This document shows positions 39,575 through 48,935 of a stretch of 64,000 nt of DNA, in pieces. The position numbers and the translations under genes were made by a program. The notes beneath the pieces were generated by a model. The model did not search any database, had not been told where the DNA came from, and saw only the letters and a program-made list of their open reading frames with translations. The stretch spans positions 384,001-448,000 of the forward strand of contig CAWHBU010000006.1 of assembly GCA_963827685.1 (NCBI GenBank), in the 5' to 3' direction. Origin of the DNA: an uncultured delta proteobacterium. Lineage in GTDB: Bacteria; Desulfobacterota; BSN033; UBA1163. The stretch's first letter is position 1. Every line of letters starts with the position of its first letter.

Positions 39575-39730
39575 GAAATTCGGAATCCGAATATCGAAAT
39601 CCGAAACAATCTCAAAATTCAAATCACCAAAATGTTGAAATCTTTCCGCGTACGTGTTTAGGATTGGGTGCTTTGGTCATTCGAATTTGTTTCGAGTTTC
39701 GAATTTCGTGCTTCGAATTTCAAATCCCAA
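39575..39730. repeat. Heptamer-repeat palindromic element (CGAAAT/TTCGAAT type)
   Basis: aatccgaatatcgaaatccgaaac ... ttcgagtttcgaatttcgtgcttcgaattt. Confidence 0.7.
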
Positions 39731-39751
39731 ATTAAAACACAAGCCAAGGGG

Positions 39752-41152
39752 TCACTTTAGTTCACTTAATGGTCTTATTCTTGGTCTTTTCATTCTTCCC
39801 ACTAATGCCCACAAGGGTCCTCGGATTCGAAATCTTCGTATTTGCTCTATCAGATTTTGCGTGATGTTGATCTCCAATCCGGGCACGATCCACCGCTTTC
39901 TCGCAAGGGCTTTCTCCTGAATGATTTTGCTCAGTCTTCCTCCCAGTTTCGGCGAAATATAAAAATGAGGATAGATGAGATCAGAATCCTGACGGATGAC
40001 CCCTTGAGAAAGGGAGATTCGCTCCATTTCCGTTCCCGGATAGATTCGGATACCCAACATGGTAATGACCGCCGTGGGATCGAGTTGATCCATCAAATGG
40101 AAAGACTCTTCAATCGTCTCTTCGTCTTCGCCTGGCCCTCCGAACAGGAGATAGTGGCACTGATTCACCATCAATTTTGAACAGATTTTTGAGGATTGGA
40201 TGATATCCTCCTGAGTGAATGACTTCTTATAATTCTCAAGCATCCGCGGAGACCCTGAATCCGTTCCGAATTCGATCCCATCACACCCGGCCTCTTTCAT
40301 CCAATGTAATAGCGTCTCGTTCAGAAAACTCGGGTTAACAAAAGCACTCCATTTGACATCGATCTTTTTCCGAACTATGTCACGGCATAAAGCTTCGGCA
40401 TCGGAGGGTGGATAATTAAAAATGTCGTCAACAAAGTAGACGTAATCCACTCCCTCCTCCACGAGGTGTCGAATTTCCTCTACCACCTCATCCGTCTTTC
40501 TCAGCCTGACCTTTTTCCCTTCTAACAAAGGGTAAGTGCAGTAGATACAGGAGAAAGGGCAGCCTCGCTTCGTCTGAATATTTCCCATCCCTCCTTCTTC
40601 TAAATAACGGTGCGTTTCGAAGAAACTCCGATCAGGATCCTGGATGGGAAAGACCCGAGCTCCTTCTATCAAAGGAGGAAAAGGCTTCTCTTTAATAAGG
40701 ACATTAGGAGATGGGGAGATGGAGTCACCCTTTTCAAGACTCCTCACTAATTGCAGGAAGACTTCTTCCCCTTCTCCTACAATCCCAAAATCGACATCTA
40801 AATGTTGAAGAAGCTCCTTGGGGGCCAAAGAATATCCCGACCCTCCGATGACCAATCGTGATGAAGTGAATTGACGACAGATCCCAATGACCTCCTCCAC
40901 CCCTTTGAGATAAGAGATGGAGGTCGGATAGGTGAGATTATCGAGATTTCTCAGGGAGATGCCGATCAGGTCGGGTTGAAAGCGATGAAGGGTGTTGTTG
41001 AGATCAACCGGTACCTCTTGAGAAAAACAGAGGTCGACGACTTCAATCGGATGGCCTTCCTCTCTTAATGCCTTGGCGATGTAAGCCAACCCCAGAGGAA
41101 AGACAGGAAAAGGCATCCTCTCACGGTTGACGGAGATGAGGAGAATTTTCAT
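39752..41152 (-). CDS. Lipid-biosynthesis-type B12-binding radical SAM protein
   Basis: NRE..P.PV.PLG, S.RN.DN, QTKRGCPFSCIYCTYP, GIRIYPGT; resembles the rSAM family found in ladderane-like lipid clusters. Confidence 0.85.
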   Translation of the reverse strand: MKILLISVNRERMPFPVFPLGLAYIAKALREEGHPIEVVDLCFSQEVPVDLNNTLHRFQPDLIGISLRNLDNLTYPTSISYLKGVEEVIGICRQFTSSRLVIGGSGYSLAPKELLQHLDVDFGIVGEGEEVFLQLVRSLEKGDSISPSPNVLIKEKPFPPLIEGARVFPIQDPDRSFFETHRYLEEGGMGNIQTKRGCPFSCIYCTYPLLEGKKVRLRKTDEVVEEIRHLVEEGVDYVYFVDDIFNYPPSDAEALCRDIVRKKIDVKWSAFVNPSFLNETLLHWMKEAGCDGIEFGTDSGSPRMLENYKKSFTQEDIIQSSKICSKLMVNQCHYLLFGGPGEDEETIEESFHLMDQLDPTAVITMLGIRIYPGTEMERISLSQGVIRQDSDLIYPHFYISPKLGGRLSKIIQEKALARKRWIVPGLEINITQNLIEQIRRFRIRGPLWALVGRMKRPRIRPLSELK

Positions 41153-42536
41153 AAGGAAGTTCTTTATCTTTGATCCTTCGAATCACCTCCATCTGGGCAC
41201 CCCGTAGGACGAAGTTTGACATCAAGAAATAAAAGAAGTGATGCCTGGGGCCCCAGACCAGGCGTTTTAATATGGATCGAGGGGCGCAGGTATATTTCTG
41301 TGCCCAGAGGTATCCGTCTTGGAGTTCCTGGACGGTCATCTTTTTGGGCTCGAAGACCACATGACTCATGTCATAATGGGACCAGTCACGGTTGAAGATC
41401 CTCCCTTCTTCCTCCAATCGCTTTTGGAGGGGAGTTCCCGGAAAGGGGGTGAGAATGGAGAAGGTGGGAAGTTCGATATTGTTCTTCTGAACAAATTCGA
41501 CCGTTTCTCTAAAAACGTTTGGTGTATCTCCGTCGAATCCAAAGATGAAAGAACCGTGAATTCCTATTTGGTGGTCCTGAATTCTTTTGATCCAATTTGA
41601 TAATTCTTTCGCATTCACAAATCGTTTTGAAACGCCGTCCAGATTCTCCTGAAGAAGAGACTCAAAACCGATGAAGAGGGAAATACAGCCGCTCTCTTGA
41701 GCCTTCTTGAGAAGCTCCTCATTCGTGGCGATCTTGATGGTCGTAAACCCCATCCACCTGACTCCGTGATGTTTAAAGATATCGAAGAGGCCACGGGCAT
41801 AGTCCTCTTTTGCCGTCACGTTGTCATCCGCTAAAAAGAGATATTCCCCTTTCTTCTTGATGATCATGGAGAGTTCTTGATCCACTTCCTCAAGGGGGCG
41901 GAGCCGATAACGCTTCCCATTGATGATCGGAACAGAGCAAAATTCGCACCGGTTCGGACAACCCCGGGTGGTTTCGATCGCTTTAAAGAAGGGACGGTAA
42001 TGTTTGCTCAGAAGATCCCGCCTGGGAAGGGGCATCCCATTTAAATCCGCCCACTCTCGATTTTTATAAAAAGGTTTGAGTTCCCCTGCCTCAAAGTCTT
42101 GCAGAACTTTCTCAAACATCCGCTCTGCCTCTCCGACAAAGACGGAATCAGCATGCTCCTTTGCCTCCTCGGGCAAATGGCTGGGGTGGACGCCTCCCAA
42201 AATTACTTTGACTCCCCTCTCACGAAAACGATCCGCAATCGTGTAGGCTCTTTTTATCACGCAGGTCAGACCGGTGATCCCTACCAAATCAACATCGGCG
42301 TTGAAATCGACCTTTTCAATCGCCTCGTTAATGATCTTAACCTCATAGGCTTTGGGAAAGAGAGAGGCGAGAAGGGTGAGGCCTAATATGGGGAAAGGGT
42401 AAAGTGCGTCATTAGAAAACTTAATCCCTTTCTCCCGAGGAAAGATAAGAAGAACCTTTTTGGAAGACGAAGTTCGGGGTTCGGAGTTTGGAGTTCGGAG
42501 TAAAAACCCAATATCTTCTTTTTCTTTCCTTTTCAT
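41121..42536 (-). CDS. B12-binding domain radical SAM protein (start uncertain, repeat-derived N-terminus)
   Basis: GGVHP, RGCPNRCEFC, DDN, IGFES, TPFPGT. Confidence 0.88.
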   Translation of the reverse strand: MKRKEKEDIGFLLRTPNSEPRTSSSKKVLLIFPREKGIKFSNDALYPFPILGLTLLASLFPKAYEVKIINEAIEKVDFNADVDLVGITGLTCVIKRAYTIADRFRERGVKVILGGVHPSHLPEEAKEHADSVFVGEAERMFEKVLQDFEAGELKPFYKNREWADLNGMPLPRRDLLSKHYRPFFKAIETTRGCPNRCEFCSVPIINGKRYRLRPLEEVDQELSMIIKKKGEYLFLADDNVTAKEDYARGLFDIFKHHGVRWMGFTTIKIATNEELLKKAQESGCISLFIGFESLLQENLDGVSKRFVNAKELSNWIKRIQDHQIGIHGSFIFGFDGDTPNVFRETVEFVQKNNIELPTFSILTPFPGTPLQKRLEEEGRIFNRDWSHYDMSHVVFEPKKMTVQELQDGYLWAQKYTCAPRSILKRLVWGPRHHFFYFLMSNFVLRGAQMEVIRRIKDKELPYENSPHLRQP

Positions 42537-42612
42537 TATTGCATTCCGTGTTCTGTTTTCTGTTCTCAGCTTTAAGATTGATCTCCGAACTCCGAACTCA
42601 TGACTCCGAACT
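42470..42612. repeat. Heptamer-repeat palindromic element (CCGAACT type)
   Basis: gttcggg gttcgga gtttgga gttcgga ... ctccgaa ctccgaa ctc. Confidence 0.7.
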
Positions 42613-42613
42613 G

Positions 42614-44032
42614 TTAATCCATATTCGGTTGTTTCCAGGGCCTCTTCGTTGCATTCTCCCAAACATAGCGGAGGATGAGCCGGTAGGCCATTCGTTTGAA
42701 AGGATTCGGGTTGAAGAAAGCACCCAGGAGGATCCTCGGTTGGGTGTAATATTTTTTCAGATAGACCTGTTGGAGATGATGAACCTCCTCAGCAGATAAG
42801 AAATTCGTATTCACGACAGGGTGCATGAAATCATATTTACCCAAATCCCTTTCCCGAATCCTCCTCAATCGTTCTGCCTCTTCAAAGTATTTTGTTCCGG
42901 GAAGGGGCGTAGTCAGGGTGAGGACCAAGAAGTCGCTCTGAGACTTGACAAATTGGAAAACCTGCTTGATCGTCTCCTCGGAGTCATTCCAATCTCCGAC
43001 CATGATGTTGGCCATGACCATGATCTTATTTCTTCTGAGAATATCAATGGCCTTCTGGGCCATCTCTCTGGATTGATGTTTTTCATATCGGTCGAGCACA
43101 TCGGGCTGGATGCTCTCGATTCCCAGCATCACTTCATACAGACCGAGCCGCTTCATCTCAGGAATGAGATCTTCATCTCGAAGGATATCCTTGATTCGGG
43201 ATTGAAACCAGAAATGGATACGAAGATGTGACTTCCCCAATTCGTCAAGAAACTCCTCCACCCGCTTCCGACTCCAGTTGAAGGTATTCTCGTTGAAGAC
43301 AAAGAGGGTTTTGCCGTATTGACGGTGTAGATGGGAAATCTCCTCCACGATCTTCTTGCCGCTCCGTCCCCTCCAGACCCCTTCCCAGAATCTGGACTCA
43401 GAACAATAAGCGCATCGATCCCCACAGCCGCGGCTAGTAGAAAGGCCAAAAGTCCTTCTCCCCATTCCATGCCAGTAGTAAGCCTCTTTCTCCATATCAA
43501 TGAGATGGTAGGCTGGAAGAGGAAGGGAGTCTAAATTTGGAATGGGAGGTTGCCTTTCGTTGAGAACGACTTTTCCATTCTCCCGATAAGCGATACTTTT
43601 TACTCCTCTCCCTTTGCCACCTCTAGATAGGTCCTGAAGGAATTGAGAAAAGGCGATCTCCCCTTCGCCTAAGACAATGCAGTCCAGTTCCTTCAACTCC
43701 TGAAGGATGGTTTCGGCCATCAGGGTGAAGTGGCTTCCTCCTGCTACGATGATGGAATTTGGCGAAAGTTTTCGACAGAGACGAATGGTCTGAATGGCCT
43801 CCGGCGAGAGGCAGGTAGCAGAACAGGTGATGCCGATGACATTGGCTCTGGATGTGGAAACGGCAGTCTCAAGATCTTTCCAGGGGGCCGGAAGAGCAGT
43901 GGCATCAATGATTTGAACTTCGTTCCCTTCTCTTTCTAAATAAGCGCCTAATTGGAGGAGACCAAAAGAAGGGGTCCACATCCGAAGGCCTGGAAAGAGT
44001 TTATGCGGCGGATCGATCAGAAGAACCTTCAT
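42614..44032 (-). CDS. B12-binding domain radical SAM protein (BchE-like)
   Basis: GGSHF, GEGE, RGCGDRCAYC, LGIES, TPLPGT. Confidence 0.88.
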   Translation of the reverse strand: MKVLLIDPPHKLFPGLRMWTPSFGLLQLGAYLEREGNEVQIIDATALPAPWKDLETAVSTSRANVIGITCSATCLSPEAIQTIRLCRKLSPNSIIVAGGSHFTLMAETILQELKELDCIVLGEGEIAFSQFLQDLSRGGKGRGVKSIAYRENGKVVLNERQPPIPNLDSLPLPAYHLIDMEKEAYYWHGMGRRTFGLSTSRGCGDRCAYCSESRFWEGVWRGRSGKKIVEEISHLHRQYGKTLFVFNENTFNWSRKRVEEFLDELGKSHLRIHFWFQSRIKDILRDEDLIPEMKRLGLYEVMLGIESIQPDVLDRYEKHQSREMAQKAIDILRRNKIMVMANIMVGDWNDSEETIKQVFQFVKSQSDFLVLTLTTPLPGTKYFEEAERLRRIRERDLGKYDFMHPVVNTNFLSAEEVHHLQQVYLKKYYTQPRILLGAFFNPNPFKRMAYRLILRYVWENATKRPWKQPNMD

Positions 44033-44039
44033 ATTTTCT

Positions 44040-44145
44040 TGTAGCGCCCCCATTGATTGGGGGCGAATGTTCTCGTCGGCATTAAATGCCGACGCTACAT
44101 GAATTTTATTAAAAAACGTAGCCCCCCATTTACTGGGGGCGAATC
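44040..44145. repeat. GTAG-type REP cluster flanking RAYT
   Basis: tgtagcgcccccattgattgggggcg...gtcggcattaaatgccgacgctaca plus extra gtagccccccatttactgggggcg. Confidence 0.85.
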
Positions 44146-44650
44146 AGAGATATCTTTTTATCTCCACATCGAACGATTCACTATATGGATAGTCACCTGC
44201 ATTCTCTACAATGCCTTTTCTAACCGGGTTATTCCGAATATACTCGATGACCCCTTTCAAATTTTCCTCTGTTCTGATGACATGGTCAAAAGCAGATTTT
44301 TGCCATACCTTCTTTAAGTCTTTCCTTTCCCTGAAGACTGCCGTTGTTCTCCCTTTAAAAATATTCAGAAATTTGGACAGTGGAAGAGTCGACTCGCCGG
44401 GAGATACGATAACATGGAGATGGTCAGGCATTAGGCAATAACATAGCATTCTGAATCTAACATCTTTTGCTGCTTTTAATAGTTCATCGATCACAATCTT
44501 CGCATTGATCTCTGAATCAAAAATATTTTTCTTATTATCCATGCAGACGGTCACATGGACAGGTCGATCTTTTGAATAATCATAATTGGGTAACCTATTA
44601 GAACGGCTCTTCCTCCATGTTTTATATTGTTCCTTAGCTTTTGTTTCCAT
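44144..44650 (-). CDS. REP-associated tyrosine transposase (RAYT, HUH/Y1)
   Basis: R....RL..YDY, MPDHLH (HUH), WQ...FDH.IR, YI..NPV; REPs on both sides. Confidence 0.92.
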   Translation of the reverse strand: METKAKEQYKTWRKSRSNRLPNYDYSKDRPVHVTVCMDNKKNIFDSEINAKIVIDELLKAAKDVRFRMLCYCLMPDHLHVIVSPGESTLPLSKFLNIFKGRTTAVFRERKDLKKVWQKSAFDHVIRTEENLKGVIEYIRNNPVRKGIVENAGDYPYSESFDVEIKRYL

Positions 44651-44654
44651 GCTT

Positions 44655-44714
44655 TGTAGCGCCCTCATTTATTGCGGGCGAGTATCTCCGTCGGCAGTAA
44701 ATGCCGACGCTACA
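44655..44714. repeat. GTAG-type REP doublet flanking RAYT; supplies the thioesterase TAG stop
   Basis: tgtagcgccctcatttattgcgggcg...gtcggcagtaaatgccgacgctaca. Confidence 0.85.
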
Positions 44715-45132
44715 CCTCCAAATACTTTCGCATCGCCTCGATTCTTTCAAACACCTCCGGAGGAACTCGGTAGAGAAGATTCCCTTTAAGATCGGTGAGG
44801 ACATGCGTGGTGGATCCTGTAGCGAGAACCTTTCTGTTTTCTTGATCAAGGACCCGGTAGTGAAAGATCAGCTTGGCCACCTCGGTTTTCTCCATTGTCG
44901 TCTGGATGACGAGGGAAGCACCGAAGGCGGCTGGGAGCTTAAACTGGCAGTTTAATTCCACCACCGGTGCCAAGAAATTCATCTCCTTGAGCTGAAGCGG
45001 ACCCATTTGAAATCGCTGGGTCAGATCATTTCGACCCGCCTCAAACCAACCCACATAGTGACCATGCCAAGCCACTCCATAAGCATCCACTTCATAAAAA
45101 CGAACCTGGAGGGATGTCTCATGGTATTTCAT
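44710..45132 (-). CDS. Hot-dog fold acyl-CoA/ACP thioesterase (YbgC/4HBT family)
   Basis: VRFYEVD..GV.WHGHY..WFE.GR. Confidence 0.88.
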   Translation of the reverse strand: MKYHETSLQVRFYEVDAYGVAWHGHYVGWFEAGRNDLTQRFQMGPLQLKEMNFLAPVVELNCQFKLPAAFGASLVIQTTMEKTEVAKLIFHYRVLDQENRKVLATGSTTHVLTDLKGNLLYRVPPEVFERIEAMRKYLEV

Positions 45133-45133
45133 C

Positions 45134-46057
45134 TTACATCCTTTCCAGTAAATGATCCCCGGCAGAAAACGCCTCTGCCTCCCGATCAATCCATCGCATC
45201 AATTTCGTAAGCGTTGCTTCATGTCCCACTTCGACGAATCGGGTAAACCCTTCCTCAAGCAAGTTCTCCACACATCGGATCCAATACACCGGTCGCCCGA
45301 TCTCTTGCGAGAGAAAATCTTTGATCTCCTCTCTTCTCAAAGGTTTGATCGTCCAATGATTGAGGATGGGAACTTTGAGGGGTTGAATCGTGATCTCTTG
45401 GAGGATCTCCATGATCTCTTCCCTCAAAGAATAGAGCAAAGGGGAATGAAGAGCCGTATTGAAGGCAAGACGGGTGGCGGAGACGGCCTTCCTGGAAAGG
45501 GCAAGAGAAATCGCCTTGTCCACACCCCCATCCTCTCCCGAAAGGACGAAATGCATCGAGCCATTATAATTGGCGATGGAGAGTTGAAACCCGTTAAGGT
45601 CTTGACAGATCTTTTTGACTTCCTCTAAGGGGAGACCGATGATGCTGGCCATGCCTCCTCGGTGAATCGCCCCTTCTCTTTTGAGGAGCCGGCCGATGGC
45701 CTCCGTGATAAAGAGCCCCTCTTCAAAACTAATGGCTTCCGAGGCAGACAGTGCTGCATAGATTCCCATACTATGTTCTGCAAAAATATCCGGATTCCAT
45801 CCTGCGGCTCGAAGACGATAGAAGTGGGCCATAGAAAGGATGTAGGTCGAGATCTGAAGCTTAAGGCTGAAATCCTCTTCTTTCTCCTCACCCCTGAACG
45901 AGAAGTTGAGGAGGTCGAATTTCGTCTGGTTGGAAGCCCTTGCTAATAACCCTTTAAAATGTGGATTCTCCATCAGGGGACCATGATCTTCCAAGATCGG
46001 CTTCTCTCGAAGTTGGCCGGGAAAGCAAAAAGCCGTTTTCCCTTTTGGTGTTCTCAT
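45134..46057 (-). CDS. FabD-like ACP S-acyltransferase with atypical active site
   Basis: FPGQ, EHSMG, ANYN, LHSP, PV.W, FVEVG. Confidence 0.85.
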   Translation of the reverse strand: MRTPKGKTAFCFPGQLREKPILEDHGPLMENPHFKGLLARASNQTKFDLLNFSFRGEEKEEDFSLKLQISTYILSMAHFYRLRAAGWNPDIFAEHSMGIYAALSASEAISFEEGLFITEAIGRLLKREGAIHRGGMASIIGLPLEEVKKICQDLNGFQLSIANYNGSMHFVLSGEDGGVDKAISLALSRKAVSATRLAFNTALHSPLLYSLREEIMEILQEITIQPLKVPILNHWTIKPLRREEIKDFLSQEIGRPVYWIRCVENLLEEGFTRFVEVGHEATLTKLMRWIDREAEAFSAGDHLLERM

Positions 46058-46326
46058 GCGGTCCCCTGATGTTCTAAAACATATCGGGCCATGGTTCTCA
46101 CGGACTGAAAGACTTTTTTCCCCACCTCAGCATCGGGAATGATGACTCCAAATTCTTTCTCCAAGCCCAGGACGAGTTCAAGGGCATCGATAGAGTCCAG
46201 TCCGAGGCCCTCACCGAAGAGAGGGGCATCGGTCTCGATCATCTCGGGGGTCATGTCCGCAAGTTTTAATCTCTGGATGATGAGCTCTTTAATCTTTTCG
46301 ATCAGATGATCATTCGGTTCAACCAT
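46054..46326 (-). CDS. Acyl carrier protein (aryl polyene/ladderane-cluster type)
   Basis: DAPLFGEGLGLDSIDALEL. Confidence 0.92.
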   Translation of the reverse strand: MVEPNDHLIEKIKELIIQRLKLADMTPEMIETDAPLFGEGLGLDSIDALELVLGLEKEFGVIIPDAEVGKKVFQSVRTMARYVLEHQGTA

Positions 46327-46445
46327 TCTTCTCCTCTTCTAATAAAAAAATTTCTAAAGGGTCCCAGAATTCAAGGGTTCGGGGGTTTAAGATTTATCTT
46401 TTAATTTACTGGGCCGCTTGAATCCTTGACTCCTTGAACCCTCCC

Positions 46446-47357
46446 TTATTCATTCCAATAAGAATAGAAATTATACCATTGATCTGGATATTTTTCGATA
46501 TAGCCTTCAAATTTTTTGATCAATCTTTCCATCCCCTCTCGAATGACAGCCTCCCGATCCTTTCTCGAAGAGGGACTAAAATAGATAGGGGGTTCAATGA
46601 TTCCTCTATACTTTCGATTTCTCTCCATCACGACGAAGACCGGTAAAACCGGGGCTTCCGTGGCCATAGCGAGAATGGCGACCCCGATGGGAAAGGCCGT
46701 CTTCTTCCCAAAGAAATCGAAGACCATGGTCTTTTGAGACTCTATCCGATCTCCTAACATGGCCAGGATTTCGTTCCGTCGAAGAGCTTTGACGGCATCC
46801 AAAACAGCCATCGGAGAGTCGTCCTTCGGATTGATATAGAGATTTTTTATTCCTCTTCTTCTTCTCATCTCCTCTCGAAAGGACCTGGTATCCAAATCTC
46901 TCTCATCGAGGGTGAGGACATTAAGCTTTCCTCCTTTAAAGGAGAAGAGCAATCCCCCGATCTCCCAATTCCCAAGATGAGGCGTGATGCAGATCACTCC
47001 TTTTCCGGCACGAAGGGCCTCCATCATATAATCCGCTCCCACCTCTTCTTCAACCCATCGGTTTTTATTCGACGGACGGAGGCGATGCATCACCATATAA
47101 TCCAAAAGGTATTGGCCGTAGTTCTGGAAAGTCTTGCGCGTTAAGACATCCACTCTTTCCTTTGACCACCTTCCTCTGCTCACTCCTTCAATATTTTTTC
47201 GGACACGGGCTCTCGTCTTTTTCATCAGAAAGTAAAAGAGATCTCCCACGACCACACTGAAGAATTTCTGGATCGACCGGGGGATGAGCGTCGAGCAGAA
47301 CTGGAAGAGGAAGAGGTATATAAACCGATTAAGAGATCGGGGGTGACGTTTTTCCAT
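46446..47357 (-). CDS. LpxL-like (lysophospholipid/lipid A) acyltransferase
   Basis: H.GNWE, L.DR, FFG..T.FP.G, YPDQWYNF. Confidence 0.88.
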   Translation of the reverse strand: MEKRHPRSLNRFIYLFLFQFCSTLIPRSIQKFFSVVVGDLFYFLMKKTRARVRKNIEGVSRGRWSKERVDVLTRKTFQNYGQYLLDYMVMHRLRPSNKNRWVEEEVGADYMMEALRAGKGVICITPHLGNWEIGGLLFSFKGGKLNVLTLDERDLDTRSFREEMRRRRGIKNLYINPKDDSPMAVLDAVKALRRNEILAMLGDRIESQKTMVFDFFGKKTAFPIGVAILAMATEAPVLPVFVVMERNRKYRGIIEPPIYFSPSSRKDREAVIREGMERLIKKFEGYIEKYPDQWYNFYSYWNE

Positions 47358-47358
47358 T

Positions 47359-48729
47359 TTAACCCCCGAAGTAGTCTCTTAGAAAACCAAGAAGCGTCCG
47401 GATACCCAAACGATGTTTCTTGATGTGATGCCAGATGTCCTGAATCGCCTTTTTCGATCGGGTATAGTAAAGGAGATGCGCCTTGAGCAGAAGCCATTCC
47501 ATTCGAATAAAAGAGAGATGATCGTGTTTGAAAACCAAATGCTGCATATCAAAGAAGGACCAGGGCGATCTCCATTTGAAGATCCGGTCCTTCACCTGCT
47601 GATAGATGGCTGTTCCCGGATAAGGGGTGAGGATGGCGAACTGGGCCACATTCGTATCGAGCTGTTTCGCAAAACGGATGGTGTCATGGATCGTCTTGAC
47701 GGTATCATGGAGCCCTCCCAGGATATAGGAGGCATGAATTTCCAGGCTATTCCGTTTTAGCATCTCTACAGTCCGAACGGTTTCCTCCACATCTATCCCC
47801 TTTCTCAACTCTTCGAGGGTTCTCGGACTGGAGGATTCCACTCCGATGAAAACCGATTTTGCCCCTGCCCTGACCATCTCTTTAACCATTTCTTCATTTC
47901 GAAGCAGGAGGTCTATCCTGGATAGGCACCACCACCAGAGGTCAAGTTTCTTTTCAACGATCCCATGGCAAATTTCAATCACTCTCTTCGGAATGAGGTT
48001 AAAGGTGTCATCCACAAAGGCGACGGCATTAAAATGATATCGGTGATAGACCTCTTCGAGTTCCTTTAAAACAGAGGCCACACTTCTGGCCCTAATTTTT
48101 GTTCCCCAAAAATGGGAGGAAGCACAAAAAACACATTGATAGGGACACCCACGGCTCGTGATCAAAGGGGTGATGGGGCGGTCTCCAATTTTTGTCCTTT
48201 GATAATCGTCGATATGGATGAGATGTCTGGCAGGAAGGGGGAGACTGTCGAGATTTTCAATGAAGGGTCTGGGAGGGGTTCGGACAAGTTTTCCGCTTGA
48301 AAAGAAACTGATTCCCTGGATCGAATCGAATTGACCATCTTTCTTCTCTAAAGCAGCGACCAATGCCGAAAAGGTAACCTCCCCTTCTCCTCGGACGATG
48401 AAATCAACCCTTTTGGTCGCAAGGATTTCTTCATCCACATAGCCGGGGTGTGGCCCACCTATCACAACCGTGCAACCGTTTGCCTTGGCTCTCTTAGCTA
48501 ATTGGAGAGCCTGACGATGGCGGGTCGTATCCGTGGAGATGCCGACCAGGTCATATTTCTTAAAATCGATCTCCTCCTTCTTCCTACGAACAGCCAAATC
48601 CCTGACCACAACCTGCTGTCCGTCCCTTTCCGCATAAGCAGCGACATAGAGAAGGCCAAGAGGCGGAAAAAGAACCCCTGTTGCTTTCAGAGTCCCTGTG
48701 GGAGCAGGATTGATTAACAAGATATTCAC
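47359..48729 (-). CDS. B12-binding domain radical SAM protein
   Basis: PPLGL.Y, GGPHP, GEGE, TSRGCPYQCVFC, DDTF, GVES, TPYPGT. Confidence 0.9.
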   Translation of the reverse strand: MNILLINPAPTGTLKATGVLFPPLGLLYVAAYAERDGQQVVVRDLAVRRKKEEIDFKKYDLVGISTDTTRHRQALQLAKRAKANGCTVVIGGPHPGYVDEEILATKRVDFIVRGEGEVTFSALVAALEKKDGQFDSIQGISFFSSGKLVRTPPRPFIENLDSLPLPARHLIHIDDYQRTKIGDRPITPLITSRGCPYQCVFCASSHFWGTKIRARSVASVLKELEEVYHRYHFNAVAFVDDTFNLIPKRVIEICHGIVEKKLDLWWWCLSRIDLLLRNEEMVKEMVRAGAKSVFIGVESSSPRTLEELRKGIDVEETVRTVEMLKRNSLEIHASYILGGLHDTVKTIHDTIRFAKQLDTNVAQFAILTPYPGTAIYQQVKDRIFKWRSPWSFFDMQHLVFKHDHLSFIRMEWLLLKAHLLYYTRSKKAIQDIWHHIKKHRLGIRTLLGFLRDYFGG

Positions 48730-48780
48730 AGGAAAAATCCTTCAAGAATTATTTGATCGCCAGCTTTGCATCGCATGGCG

Positions 48781-48913
48781 TCCAAAATCCCAAATTACAA
48801 ATCTCAAACAAACTCCAATCCCAAATATCGAATGATCGAAACCGATTTTGCTTTGAATTTGGAATTTGAGTCATTGGAGCTTATTTGTTATTTGGTGCTT
48901 GGGATTTGGTGCT
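48781..48913. repeat. Heptamer-repeat palindromic element
   Basis: aaatcccaaattacaaatctcaaac ... tttggtgcttgggatttggtgct. Confidence 0.7.
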
Positions 48914-48935
48914 CTTCCTCGCTACGCTTTCTGCT

